DNA from: an uncultured Actinomycetota bacterium
Lineage (GTDB): Bacteria; Actinomycetota; Actinomycetes; Mycobacteriales; Mycobacteriaceae
Direction of reading: 5' to 3'
Length of the DNA stretch: 64,000 bases
Assembly: GCA_963721195.1 (NCBI GenBank)
Contig: CAVRIH010000015.1
Coordinates: 70,349-134,348 of the forward strand
Shown here: positions 20,953 through 29,878 of the stretch, piece after piece
Position numbering within the stretch: the stretch's first letter is position 1
How the letters are laid out: each line of letters begins with the position of its first letter
Program-made: the position numbers and the translations under genes
The notes under the pieces: generated by a model
Seen by the model: only the letters and a program-made list of their open reading frames with translations
Databases searched by the model: none
What the model was told of the DNA's origin: nothing

Positions 20953-22118
20953 GACTGTGCGACCTGCCTTTCGATGTTGTCGAGTTCACGGGCGAGATTG
21001 ACCAAGTCGTCGTCGCTCTGCGGAGACGGACCGAACAGCGTGTGCGCCAACGTCTGTGGGTGTGCTCCGCACCGCTGCGCCACCGCCGCGACGATCGCGG
21101 GCGGCTCGGCGTTCACCGAGAGGCCGAGGCGGGGCAGCATCCGCTGCAGCGTCGCAGTTCGCAATGCGTTCGCGGCACGGTCGGAGGCGCGCCGGGAACG
21201 GTACAGTCTGCCGCGACCTTCGACCGTCTCTGATGCGCGCACCACGACGGGCATGCGCTCAGCGACAAGCGGTCCGAGCCGCCTGCCCTTCCAGACCGCG
21301 ATGAGCGCGATCGCCAGACACAACTGGATGACGATCCATCCCACGGCGGGGGGAATGAGATCGGTGATCTCGGCGCCCGCATCGGACTGCCCTTCGCGCT
21401 GCTGCGGTGCGTACCAGATCACTCGGGGGTCGGTGCCTGCAAGGTTCATGGCGAGCGCGGCGTTGCCGGCAGACAAGAGCCCCCCGTTGGTCATGAAATC
21501 ACTACTGCCGACAACCGTGACACTGCGCCCGTCATCGGTGTAACGGACGAGCGCTCCCGCATAGCAGCTGGTGATCGGAAAATCGTCCGCCGATTCGTAC
21601 TCGTCGCTGACTCCGAGTTGAACCTCTCCGGCTCGCGTCGCCTCGCGCAAGTCGCAGTCCGGTTCGGCGCCGCCGAAGGGAACCGACCCGGCGAGACGGA
21701 TGCGCGGAGCCAGCGCCTCACGGGTACTCGACGTCGGCGCAACCAGGAGTCGGTCGCCGGGCAGGTCGCTCAGCCGTCGCAGCACGTCTTGGTCGAGCAG
21801 CGCGAAGGTCTGCAGCACGACGATGAGTGTGCCGGGCCGCGCGGCACCCTCGACCGTCGCGATGTCCGGTGCCTCGACGACGTCGACGCCACTCTCGCGC
21901 AACAGGGTGACCAGTGCGCGCGTGCCATCGCGAGACGTGGATGCGGGATCCATCGGTCCGCCCGGCCGCGGCGCGGTCAGATAGGTGGTCAGAGTGGCGA
22001 TTGCGACGATGACGACGAGAGAGAGCAGCACCCATCGCGCGGCACTCCACCGCTGCATAAGTGTCGGCCTGAACGCCGAATCACCCTGTTGCTCATGTGC
22101 TTTCAGCGCAGAGATCAC
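20949..22118 (-). CDS. DUF4350 protein (Rv3691-like)
   Basis: N- and C-terminal TM helices, GRRLGPLVAERMPVVVRASETVEGRGRLY. Confidence 0.85.
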   Translation of the reverse strand: MISALKAHEQQGDSAFRPTLMQRWSAARWVLLSLVVIVAIATLTTYLTAPRPGGPMDPASTSRDGTRALVTLLRESGVDVVEAPDIATVEGAARPGTLIVVLQTFALLDQDVLRRLSDLPGDRLLVAPTSSTREALAPRIRLAGSVPFGGAEPDCDLREATRAGEVQLGVSDEYESADDFPITSCYAGALVRYTDDGRSVTVVGSSDFMTNGGLLSAGNAALAMNLAGTDPRVIWYAPQQREGQSDAGAEITDLIPPAVGWIVIQLCLAIALIAVWKGRRLGPLVAERMPVVVRASETVEGRGRLYRSRRASDRAANALRTATLQRMLPRLGLSVNAEPPAIVAAVAQRCGAHPQTLAHTLFGPSPQSDDDLVNLARELDNIERQVAQS

Positions 22119-22768
22119 CGAACCTCCGCCCAGCCGACCGTCGTGGTTGCGACGGGCGTGGCATCGGCGCTCACCTGAGTGTTGAACCTCAGGTGATCGT
22201 CGAGGTCAGCGATCATCCGGTAGGCGGATTCCGTCCCAGGTCGTTCGCCATAGGTGACGTCGTTGAAAGAAATTGCAGCCTGGGTCAATTCGGCAGATAG
22301 CGTAGGCAGGGCCTTACCCGCGTCGCGCGCAAGTTCGGTGGCCGTCCGGCCGGGAATCGCATCCAGCACCCCGGCGTCCTCCAGCTGGCGGGCGACGGCT
22401 CGCAGGCGATGACGGATTGCCGCAGCCCAATTCCCCGCGGCGGCATACTGCTCGGCGGTGGCCCGGTGCTCAGCAGCACTGAGTTCGTGTTCGCCGAACA
22501 GCGCGAAGCCGCCGCCCCGGTTGGTCCGCATGGTGCGCCGTGCGATCCGTATCACGACGACGATCGCGACCACGAGCAGAATCAGCAGGACCGAAAGCGT
22601 GAACCAGCCACCGGGGAGCCGAGCTCCGGCGTCGGCGAGCCGGTACACCAGTTCGTTGATCCACTCGATGAGACGTTCGGTCAGGGAAGGCTTGGGGTAG
22701 ATGGGTTTTTGCAGTTCGCGTTGCGCGGCGTCGTGAGCGGCATCGCTGTCGATGTCTATCGTCGGCAC
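22115..22768 (-). CDS. DUF4129 membrane protein (Rv3690-like)
   Basis: AIRHRLRAVAR, PGRTATELA, FNDVTYG. Confidence 0.85.
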   Translation of the reverse strand: MPTIDIDSDAAHDAAQRELQKPIYPKPSLTERLIEWINELVYRLADAGARLPGGWFTLSVLLILLVVAIVVVIRIARRTMRTNRGGGFALFGEHELSAAEHRATAEQYAAAGNWAAAIRHRLRAVARQLEDAGVLDAIPGRTATELARDAGKALPTLSAELTQAAISFNDVTYGERPGTESAYRMIADLDDHLRFNTQVSADATPVATTTVGWAEVR

Positions 22769-22769
22769 G

Positions 22770-23981
22770 TCAGGCTTGGCGGGTCAGCCACAGATGGTCA
22801 GTGGAATCGGACGGCGAGGAAGGACCGTATACGGCGCCGGTCTGCAGGACGAGGTCGAACGCCTCAGCGCGGATGCGGCGGTCGGTGTAGAGCAGCACGA
22901 TGACGCCTGCGCCGAACGGGGCGGTGATGATCTGGGCGATGACAGCGCCCACGGACAACAGGATGAACGCCAGCAGCGTCATCGCCGTGGAAGACGCTGC
23001 AATCAGCAGGAGTTGACCGCCGAAGCTGAACGGGATCGTGACCGCGCCGGCGATGAACTGAACTGCGATCATGGCGAGCAGCCGAATACCGAACACACGC
23101 CAGAAATCGTTCTTCACCAACCTGAATGACCGCTCGATGGCGGCGAAGATGCCGAGACGTTCCAGCACGATGAGCGGCGGTGCGAAGCTCAGGATCACCC
23201 AGAGGTAGATCAGCGCGGCCAGCAGGATCAGACCCAGTGGTAAGCCGATGATCACCGCAGCGGTGACGCTCGCGGCGGTCCCGATCCAGAAGATGAGGCC
23301 GAAGACGACGGCGATCAGCACCGCCACGCCCAAGCCTTCTAGGAGCGCGAAGCCGATCAAAGCCCAAAATCGTCCTTTGAGCCGCTGCCATGCTTCACCG
23401 ATTGTGATGCCGGCGCCGAAGACGGCCCGGCCAACGACAACGGTGAGCATCCCGCTCAGCAGGATCGCCGTAAACCAGGTCGCCGCGCCCCCGGCGATGC
23501 TCGACAACGTCGAGCCGAGCAGGATGCCGGTCGATACCTCTTCACCGGTGAAAGACTGTGCGAGCCCTCCGGTGACGGCGAGCGGTCCCACCGAGAGCAC
23601 GAGCGCCAAGAGCTGGGTTGCGATGACGACGATTGTGGTAAAGCCCAGCGTCGCTTTCGGGTTGGCGCGGATGTAGGCGACCGCGCCGTTGAAGATGTCG
23701 GACAGGGTCAACGGTCGCAGCGGGATGACACCTGGCTTGAGCGCAGGTTGCATCGGCGGGGCACCGTATCCATAGCCCGATGGCGGGTAACCCGGCGGCG
23801 ACCCGTAACCGGGCGGCGGCCCGTACCCCGGGGGAGCTCCGTAGCCGGGAGGAGGTGCGTATCCCGGCGGCGGCCCGTATGCCGGTGGAGCGCCGTACGC
23901 CGGCGGGGGTGCGTAGCCGGGAGGCGGATAGCTCGGGGGCGGCGGGCCGGCCATACCGGAACTACCGGCCTCGGTGCTCAT
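22770..23981 (-). CDS. Multi-pass membrane protein with Pro/Gly/Tyr-repeat N-terminus (Rv3689-like)
   Basis: (PPGYG)n head, KPGVIPLRPL, LYTDRRIRAEAFD. Confidence 0.85.
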   Translation of the reverse strand: MSTEAGSSGMAGPPPPSYPPPGYAPPPAYGAPPAYGPPPGYAPPPGYGAPPGYGPPPGYGSPPGYPPSGYGYGAPPMQPALKPGVIPLRPLTLSDIFNGAVAYIRANPKATLGFTTIVVIATQLLALVLSVGPLAVTGGLAQSFTGEEVSTGILLGSTLSSIAGGAATWFTAILLSGMLTVVVGRAVFGAGITIGEAWQRLKGRFWALIGFALLEGLGVAVLIAVVFGLIFWIGTAASVTAAVIIGLPLGLILLAALIYLWVILSFAPPLIVLERLGIFAAIERSFRLVKNDFWRVFGIRLLAMIAVQFIAGAVTIPFSFGGQLLLIAASSTAMTLLAFILLSVGAVIAQIITAPFGAGVIVLLYTDRRIRAEAFDLVLQTGAVYGPSSPSDSTDHLWLTRQA

Positions 23982-24160
23982 GGCCACCATCCTGTCGATC
24001 ACCGTGCGAATTGACAAACGTCTCCGACCGCCGTGTCAGACACCAGACCGTCGCTACGGTGGCCGTATGTCGACCGAGATCACAATGCGAGGTATCGGCG
24101 ACGGTTGACGCGCGGTTCATCGCGAGGCCCACAGCAGGTGGCGCAGCGTAGGTTTGCGAT

Positions 24161-24625
24161 ATGCCAGAACTCAAGGGGCGGCTGCGCACAGACCTCACCG
24201 CGGCGATGAAGTCGCAGGACAAGCTTCGAACCGCGACGCTTCGGATGCTGCTCGCTGCGATCCAGACCGAAGAAGTGGCGGGCAAAGGGCAGCGCGAGCT
24301 GTCCGATGCCGAAGTGATCAAGGTGCTTTCCAAGGAAGCCAAGAAGCGCGCGGAATCCGCGGAGATCTACACCCAGAACGGCCGTGGTGAGCTGGCCGCC
24401 ACCGAGCACGCCGAGGCACGCGTCATCGACGAATACCTGCCGACTCCGCTCGACGACGCCGAAGTCGCCGATGTGGTCGACACCGCGATCGCACAGGTGG
24501 CCGAGGAGATCGGTGAACGGCCCGGCTTGAAGCAGATGGGCCAGGTGATGAAGGCCGCCACCGCGATCGCCGCAGGTAAGGCCGACGGCTCCCGACTCTC
24601 GGCGGCGGTGAAGGCGAGGTTGTAG
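24161..24625 (+). CDS. GatB/YqeY domain protein (Rv3688c-like)
   Basis: LTAAMKSQD, KEAKKRAES, YLPTPL, MGQVMK. Confidence 0.9.
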   Translation: MPELKGRLRTDLTAAMKSQDKLRTATLRMLLAAIQTEEVAGKGQRELSDAEVIKVLSKEAKKRAESAEIYTQNGRGELAATEHAEARVIDEYLPTPLDDAEVADVVDTAIAQVAEEIGERPGLKQMGQVMKAATAIAAGKADGSRLSAAVKARL

Positions 24626-24627
24626 CC

Positions 24628-24653
24628 GTTTTCGGCGTCGGGCACCCGGGTAT
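24628..24653 (+). promoter_or_regulatory. SigF-type promoter of the LLM gene
   Basis: GTTT-N16-GGGTAT, 9 nt before ATG 24663. Confidence 0.8.
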
Positions 24654-24662
24654 ACCGGTGCC

Positions 24663-25649
24663 ATGACGCGTTTCGGCTACACCCTCATGACTGAACAGAG
24701 CGGACCTAAAGATCTTGTCCGTTACGCCGTTTCGGCGGAACGCGTGGGTTTCGACTTCGAGGTCTCGTCCGATCACTACTTCCCGTGGCTGTCGTCGCAG
24801 GGGCACGCGCCCTATGCCTGGTCGGTGCTCGGTGCGGTCGCCCACGCGACCGAGCAGGTCGAGCTGTTCACCTACGTCACCTGTCCGACGATGCGCTATC
24901 ACCCCGCGGTCGTTGCGCAGAAGGCCGCCACCATGCAGATCCTCGCCGACGGCCGTTTCACACTCGGGGTGGGCAGCGGCGAGAACCTCAACGAACATGT
25001 CGTCGGCAAGAGCTGGCCGACGGTGGCCCGACGTCAGGAAATGCTGCGCGAGGCCATCCAGATCATCCGCGAGTTGTTCACCGGCGAGGTCGTCGACTGG
25101 AAAGGAGAGTACTTCGAAGTGGACTCCGCCCGGCTCTGGGACATTCCCGAGACGCCGGTCGCCATCGCCACGGCGGTCTCCGGAGAGCGGTCGGTGGAGA
25201 CATTCGCGCCGCTGTCCGATCATCTGATCGCCGTCGAACCGAACAAGGATCTCGTCGACGCATGGCATGACGCCAGGCGTGCCACCGGGCTGCCCGGCCA
25301 GGTGCGGGTCATCGGTCAGATCCCGATCTGCTGGGATCCCGACCGCGACGCCGCCATCCACCGAGCGCACGACCAATTCCGTTGGTTCGGTGGCGGTTGG
25401 GCGGTCAATGCCGATCTGCCGACGACGGCCGGCTTCGACGGCGCCACACAGTTCGTCCGGCCGACCGATGTCGCCGAATCCATCCCGTGCGGACCGGATC
25501 TCGACGCGATCGTCGATGCGGTGCGCAAATACTGGGAGGCCGGATTCACCGATATCGCCCTGGTCCAGATCGGGGACGACGGTCAAGATCTGTTCCTCAA
25601 GGAAGCGGCCGGATCACTGTTGGCGAAGCTCAGAAGCGAATCGCACTGA
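24663..25649 (+). CDS. F420-dependent LLM-class oxidoreductase (G6PDH-like subfamily)
   Basis: SSDHYFPW, VTCPTMRYHPAVVAQ, LGVGSGENLNEH. Confidence 0.9.
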   Translation: MTRFGYTLMTEQSGPKDLVRYAVSAERVGFDFEVSSDHYFPWLSSQGHAPYAWSVLGAVAHATEQVELFTYVTCPTMRYHPAVVAQKAATMQILADGRFTLGVGSGENLNEHVVGKSWPTVARRQEMLREAIQIIRELFTGEVVDWKGEYFEVDSARLWDIPETPVAIATAVSGERSVETFAPLSDHLIAVEPNKDLVDAWHDARRATGLPGQVRVIGQIPICWDPDRDAAIHRAHDQFRWFGGGWAVNADLPTTAGFDGATQFVRPTDVAESIPCGPDLDAIVDAVRKYWEAGFTDIALVQIGDDGQDLFLKEAAGSLLAKLRSESH

Positions 25650-25659
25650 AAGGCGAATC

Positions 25660-25824
25660 ATGCCTAAGGGCAAGGGAATTTACGAAGACTTCGACGACCA
25701 AGCAGACGACGAGTCGAAGAAGGGTGGACGTCCGGGGCCAACCGACGAGGGCGGCGAAGGGGGCATGGCGACACGGGAGCAGGCTCCGGACGTCGCCGAT
25801 TCCGGGGGCGAGCCCACGGCTTGA
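25660..25824 (+). CDS. 54-aa acidic Gly-rich small protein
   Basis: MPKGKGIYEDFDDQADDESKKGGRPGPTDEGGEGGMATREQAPDVADSGGEPTA; AAAGG RBS; fills the gap between genes. Confidence 0.7.
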   Translation: MPKGKGIYEDFDDQADDESKKGGRPGPTDEGGEGGMATREQAPDVADSGGEPTA

Positions 25825-25827
25825 CGG

Positions 25828-26499
25828 CTACTCCGCATCCCGTCCCTCGCGGCTGCGCCGATATGCCGCGCGTCGGAAATCGGCTAGCCAGCGGGGTACC
25901 AGCTCGACGTCGCAGTCGCGATGCAATGCCGGGTCGAACGCGATGTCGTCACAACTCGGGTCGACGTTGCGCAATGTCAGCCGGGCGAGTGGACTGAACT
26001 CACCCCGGCCCGCAGCCTGTTGGATGTCGAATTGGATTCCACCCGAATTGATTCCGGCCTCAATGGTGTCGAGGGCGAGACCGCCATTGCCTAGGTCGGT
26101 GGCGAGTCGTGCCCGCAACCACCACACGCGGCCGCGGTAACGCAACGGCATCAGGCTGGAGAACGTGGCGCCCGACCATGAGGTGACCGGCGTGAGAACG
26201 AAGCGACTGCGCGCAATTGTCGATGCCAGCAGCACATCCCATGGGCCGCACGACCGCAGATCCTGCGGCGGCGGAATACGAAACGCCAAACCCGCGATGT
26301 CGGGATGGCCGCCGGGAACACCGATGCCCTTCGAGACCCGGCCGATGACGTCGCAGGACCTCAGTGGCAGTCCTTCCGCACCAGGGGCCGTCCGCTCCAG
26401 GCTCCCTTCCGCGACTACGCCCACGGGATGGAAGAGGCGGTGGCCGCGAACGGCGGAGCCGAACTTGACGGGCAACGCGGCGAGATCGGATACGTGCAC
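25828..26499 (-). CDS. Minimal catalase-fold protein
   Basis: RLFHPVG, RVS, DIAGLAFRI, IAFDP and RRAAYRRS occur in catalase order. Confidence 0.7.
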   Translation of the reverse strand: MHVSDLAALPVKFGSAVRGHRLFHPVGVVAEGSLERTAPGAEGLPLRSCDVIGRVSKGIGVPGGHPDIAGLAFRIPPPQDLRSCGPWDVLLASTIARSRFVLTPVTSWSGATFSSLMPLRYRGRVWWLRARLATDLGNGGLALDTIEAGINSGGIQFDIQQAAGRGEFSPLARLTLRNVDPSCDDIAFDPALHRDCDVELVPRWLADFRRAAYRRSREGRDAE

Positions 26500-26508
26500 G
26501 GATGTGGT

Positions 26509-26570
26509 GTGCCCAAATGACCGTGCCGCAAAACAGATCGCATCGGTTTAACGGCACCGATACCGGGCAT
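26509..26570. promoter_or_regulatory. Divergent pair of SigF-type promoters
   Basis: Minus strand GTTT-N16-GGGCAC (26534-26509); plus strand GTTT-N15-GGGCAT (26546-26570). Confidence 0.72.
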
Positions 26571-26624
26571 TAATCCACCGCAGTGCTGCGACGCCGCAGC
26601 GAACAGCTCGCGAAAGGCCCATGT

Positions 26625-27320
26625 GTGACAACCGCTTACCTTGATGCACTGGACGGATTGATTGCGTCGGCTGGCGTCTATGCCCCTCAGGAAGACTCCC
26701 GGTTCCTCATCGCGGTGATGGAGAAGTCAGGGTTGGCGTTCCGCCGCCGGGTCGCCGACCTGTGCACGGGTAGCGGAGTTGTGGGGATCGCCGCGGGCGA
26801 GCAGGGAGCGTCGCAGGTCACGGCGTTCGATCTGTGTCCGCGATCTGTCCGATGTGCGCGCATGAACGCGCTGGGCGCCGGCGTCGACCTCGATGTGCAC
26901 CTGGGCTCGTGGGCGCGTGCCGCTGAGTTCGGCCCGTACGACCTGGTTGTCTGCAACCCGCCGTATGTTCCGCACGACCCTGACGTCGCTTTCGCGCCGG
27001 TACCGCCGCACATCGGGTCAGCGCGCGCATGGGATGCCGGCTACGACGGCCGCCTCGTCTTGGACCCGCTGTGCGCGGCCGTGCCGGACCTGCTGGCTCC
27101 AGGCGGCACCTTTTTGGTGGTGCAATCCGAATTCGCGGTTCCGCGTCAAACACTTGCTGCGCTGGCCGAAGCCGGGCTGGATGCGGAAGTGGTTGCATAC
27201 CAGTGGATTCCGTTCGGTCCCGTGTTGACGTCGCGGGCCGGCTGGCTGGAAGACACCGACAGGCTGGAACCCGGCAGGCGGGAGGAAGAGCTCGTGGTGA
27301 TCAGGGCGGAGAGACCGTGA
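26625..27320 (+). CDS. HemK2/MTQ2-like NPPY methyltransferase
   Basis: GVYAPQEDS, DLCTGSG, CNPPYVP, AWDAGYDGR. Confidence 0.88.
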   Translation: MTTAYLDALDGLIASAGVYAPQEDSRFLIAVMEKSGLAFRRRVADLCTGSGVVGIAAGEQGASQVTAFDLCPRSVRCARMNALGAGVDLDVHLGSWARAAEFGPYDLVVCNPPYVPHDPDVAFAPVPPHIGSARAWDAGYDGRLVLDPLCAAVPDLLAPGGTFLVVQSEFAVPRQTLAALAEAGLDAEVVAYQWIPFGPVLTSRAGWLEDTDRLEPGRREEELVVIRAERP

Positions 27321-27535
27321 CCGACACTCAGACGCGTATGGTGCGCATCGTGGATTCGGGGCCGGTGATGGTGCAGGGGCCGGTGCGTATCGAGCTGCCC
27401 GACGGAAATGTCGTGGAATCCGACCGATTCATGGTCGCGATCTGTACCTGCCGCCGCAGCAAGGACTATCCGATGTGCGATACCAGCCACCGGTGCCGTC
27501 CACGCACCAAGCGGTCAGCCCAGCGGTCGTCGTAG
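27317..27535 (+). CDS. CDGSH iron-sulfur domain protein
   Basis: GPVMVQG...AICTCRRSKDYPMCDTSH; GTGA overlap with the methyltransferase stop. Confidence 0.88.
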   Translation: MTDTQTRMVRIVDSGPVMVQGPVRIELPDGNVVESDRFMVAICTCRRSKDYPMCDTSHRCRPRTKRSAQRSS

Positions 27536-28534
27536 GGACGAGCGACCGGCCTTCCAGCAGGCCATCAAGTGGTCGGCGAGATGGCCTTCAACAAGGTCGC
27601 GTGCCCTGATACCGAACACGACATCCGCCTCCAAATGGGGTTCGCGCGCGACCAGATCGCCGACGACGTCGGCCCGTACCACCTGTTCGTGAACGGCATC
27701 GGCCACGATGTGTTCGGCGTAGAACGCCACGCACGGCTCGGGTGCGCCCATCCGCTCGAGCGCGTCCACCAGCCGCCGTGACCCCGGCGACGACGTGATC
27801 TCCGTGGACGCGAAATGACCGATCGCGGCACCCCGCAGTTCACGGTGCAGTCCGAACAGCGACATCAGGTTGACCGAGGCCAACGCCGCGGCGGGAACAC
27901 TGTCGAGGTAGGCCAGGTAGGAGGCGTCGAGCCCGGCGGCGTCCATCAATTCGGCGTACAGCTGCTGGTGGACCCGATCGCCGCGCCCCGCGCCGTACTC
28001 GTCGAACTCGATTGCGACGAACGCCGCTTTCGCCTGTCCGGTGAGACGTGGGATGGCGAATGCGTGCGGGTCGCCCTCTTTGAGGTGATACACGGAGCGG
28101 TGCACGAAGTACTCCTGCATCTGCTCCCAGGTGCCGTTGTCACGCAGGTAGAACGACGGGCCATCCCCGTCGACGGGCTCCAGCGAAATCGCATCCATTT
28201 CCGCTGCCGCAGTGTCGTCGGGCGTGATGTCACCGACGTCGCGCCGAACGGCGCCGAGGAATGCCTCCTCGAGGCGTCCGCGCAAATGCAGCAACGCCGG
28301 ATTCCATTCCCACCGCGGATTGACCGAGCGGAAACCGCGATAGTTCAACTCGTAACAGACACACAGCGCGAGCTGCAGGTCGAGTCCGTACGGATCAGCT
28401 TCATAGATCGGAACGTCGAAAGGTCGCGCAGACAAGGCCGGGCGCCCATGCATAAGGGTGTCCAAAATCGTCCCCGACACGGGGCCGGCGGCGCGGGGCA
28501 GGGCAGGTTCGACCACAGTCGATGGCAACGTCAC
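27515..28534 (-). CDS. Heme-oxygenase-like diiron (iron-containing redox) enzyme
   Basis: YHLKEGDPHA, EFDEYGAG...HQQLY, TEITS, FYAEHIVADAVHE; start placed at GTG 28534, downstream of the promoter. Confidence 0.88.
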   Translation of the reverse strand: MTLPSTVVEPALPRAAGPVSGTILDTLMHGRPALSARPFDVPIYEADPYGLDLQLALCVCYELNYRGFRSVNPRWEWNPALLHLRGRLEEAFLGAVRRDVGDITPDDTAAAEMDAISLEPVDGDGPSFYLRDNGTWEQMQEYFVHRSVYHLKEGDPHAFAIPRLTGQAKAAFVAIEFDEYGAGRGDRVHQQLYAELMDAAGLDASYLAYLDSVPAAALASVNLMSLFGLHRELRGAAIGHFASTEITSSPGSRRLVDALERMGAPEPCVAFYAEHIVADAVHEQVVRADVVGDLVAREPHLEADVVFGIRARDLVEGHLADHLMACWKAGRSSLRRPLG

Positions 28535-28543
28535 GAGCCATAA

Positions 28544-28570
28544 ATTCCCGACGTCACGGCGAGCCAAACC
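28544..28570 (-). promoter_or_regulatory. SigF-type promoter of the diiron enzyme gene
   Basis: GGTTT-N16-GGGAAT, 9 nt before GTG 28534. Confidence 0.75.
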
Positions 28571-28706
28571 AGCAACCGCGATCGAACGCAGTCAGCCGGC
28601 CCTCAAGGCCGGCTGATTTGTGGTGTCGGGGTACTCGGCGCTGCGCGCCTGCGACCCCTTTCATCGCCTCGGGCGAACGAGCAAGCTCGCTCGCCTCTCG
28701 GCTCAG

Positions 28707-28780
28707 TCGGGGTGGCGGGATTCGAACCCACGACCTCTTCGTCCCGAACGAAGCACGCTACCAAGCTGCGCCACACCCCG
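28707..28780 (-). tRNA. tRNA-Pro (anticodon CGG), CCA not encoded
   Basis: CGGGGTG acceptor stem, D-arm GCGCAGCTTGGTAGCGT, anticodon loop TTCGGGA, T-arm GTGGGTTCGAATCCCGC. Confidence 0.97.
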
Positions 28781-28858
28781 CGTGAAGCCACGACAGCGTA
28801 TCGCACCGCCGGGGTGCGAAGCCAAACGCTTGATCGCGGGATCACGCGGGGTCAACGG

Positions 28859-29122
28859 CTATCGTCGCGTCTCGCGCAGCACCGCCAGGCGCTCGCGGTA
28901 CTCGGCCTCGTTCACCTCGCCCTTGGCGTAGGCGTCGCGCAGCGTGCGAATACCGTGGCTGCCGCGCCAGCGTCGGGCGAAATAGATGACTGTCCCGATG
29001 ACAAGTACCAGGACCACGAGGCGGGCGACCAAAAACCAGGGCGAGAAGCCGTGATGACCCCAGCGCTCGTACTCGTCGGCCAGGAGAGTAGTTGTGGTTG
29101 GCGTGATCTCGTAAATACTCAT
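28859..29122 (-). CDS. Small membrane protein with C-terminal SHOCT domain
   Basis: One TM helix, then [22 protein letters not shown]. Confidence 0.82.
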   Translation of the reverse strand: MSIYEITPTTTTLLADEYERWGHHGFSPWFLVARLVVLVLVIGTVIYFARRWRGSHGIRTLRDAYAKGEVNEAEYRERLAVLRETRR

Positions 29123-29180
29123 GGCCACCAGCCTGCCGTCGGCGCAGCCGCGACACATCGGTCGCCAGTCGACGATCGCG

Positions 29181-29198
29181 CTACGTCGACGGACGTAG
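29181..29198. promoter_or_regulatory. Candidate response-regulator binding palindrome
   Basis: CTACGTC-N4-GACGTAG, about 60 bp upstream of the SHOCT gene. Confidence 0.6.
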
Positions 29199-29206
29199 GC
29201 CGCCCC

Positions 29207-29878
29207 TCAGTCCTGCCATCCCGGGCGTACCAGCCCGCCTTCATAAGCCATCACCACCAACTGTGTGCGGTCGCGGGCGCCGAGCTTGGTCAGGATCCGA
29301 CTGACGTGGGTGCGTGCGGTGGCCGGACTCATGAACAGTCGCTCGCCGATCTCGGCATTGGTCAGGCCCTCGGCGACCAGCGCCATGACCTCCCGTTCCC
29401 GTACGGTCAGCTCGGCAAGCGCGCTCGACGGGCCCGCGGGTTGTTTCGCCCGCGCGGCGAACTCCGAGATCAGTCGCCTCGTCACCGACGGCGACAGTAG
29501 CGCGTCACCGTCGGCGACCACCCGCACCGCCCGCACCAGCTCCGCCGGCTCGGTGTGTTTGACCAGGAATCCGCTCGCCCCGGCGCGCATCGCCTCGAAC
29601 ACGTACTCGTCGAGCTCGAACGTCGTCAGCACGACCACCCGGACATCTTCGAGCGACGGATCGGCGACGATCTCGCGCGTCGCCGCGAGGCCGTCCAACT
29701 CGGGCATCCGGATGTCCATCAGCACAACGTCGGGCCGTAGTTCACGCGCGGATGCCAGTGCGTCGTTCCCGTTGTCTGCCTCAGCGACGACCTCGATGTC
29801 CGGCTGAGCATCGAGCAGTGCGACGAAACCGGCCCGCACCAGAGCCTGATCATCGGCGACAAGCACTCGAATAGTCAT
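29207..29878 (-). CDS. NarL/LuxR-family response regulator
   Basis: ADDQALVRAG, DVVLMDIRMP, LTVREREV...GLTNAEI. Confidence 0.95.
   Translation of the reverse strand: MTIRVLVADDQALVRAGFVALLDAQPDIEVVAEADNGNDALASARELRPDVVLMDIRMPELDGLAATREIVADPSLEDVRVVVLTTFELDEYVFEAMRAGASGFLVKHTEPAELVRAVRVVADGDALLSPSVTRRLISEFAARAKQPAGPSSALAELTVREREVMALVAEGLTNAEIGERLFMSPATARTHVSRILTKLGARDRTQLVVMAYEGGLVRPGWQD

Noticed and set aside
23750-23950. Short tandem repeats as a CRISPR-like array
   Set aside because: They are in-frame codons for PPGYG repeats; there are no unique spacers or cas genes
24626-28780. Integrative element at tRNA-Pro
   Set aside because: No integrase or transposase, and I saw no duplicated tRNA 3' end; composition looks like the host
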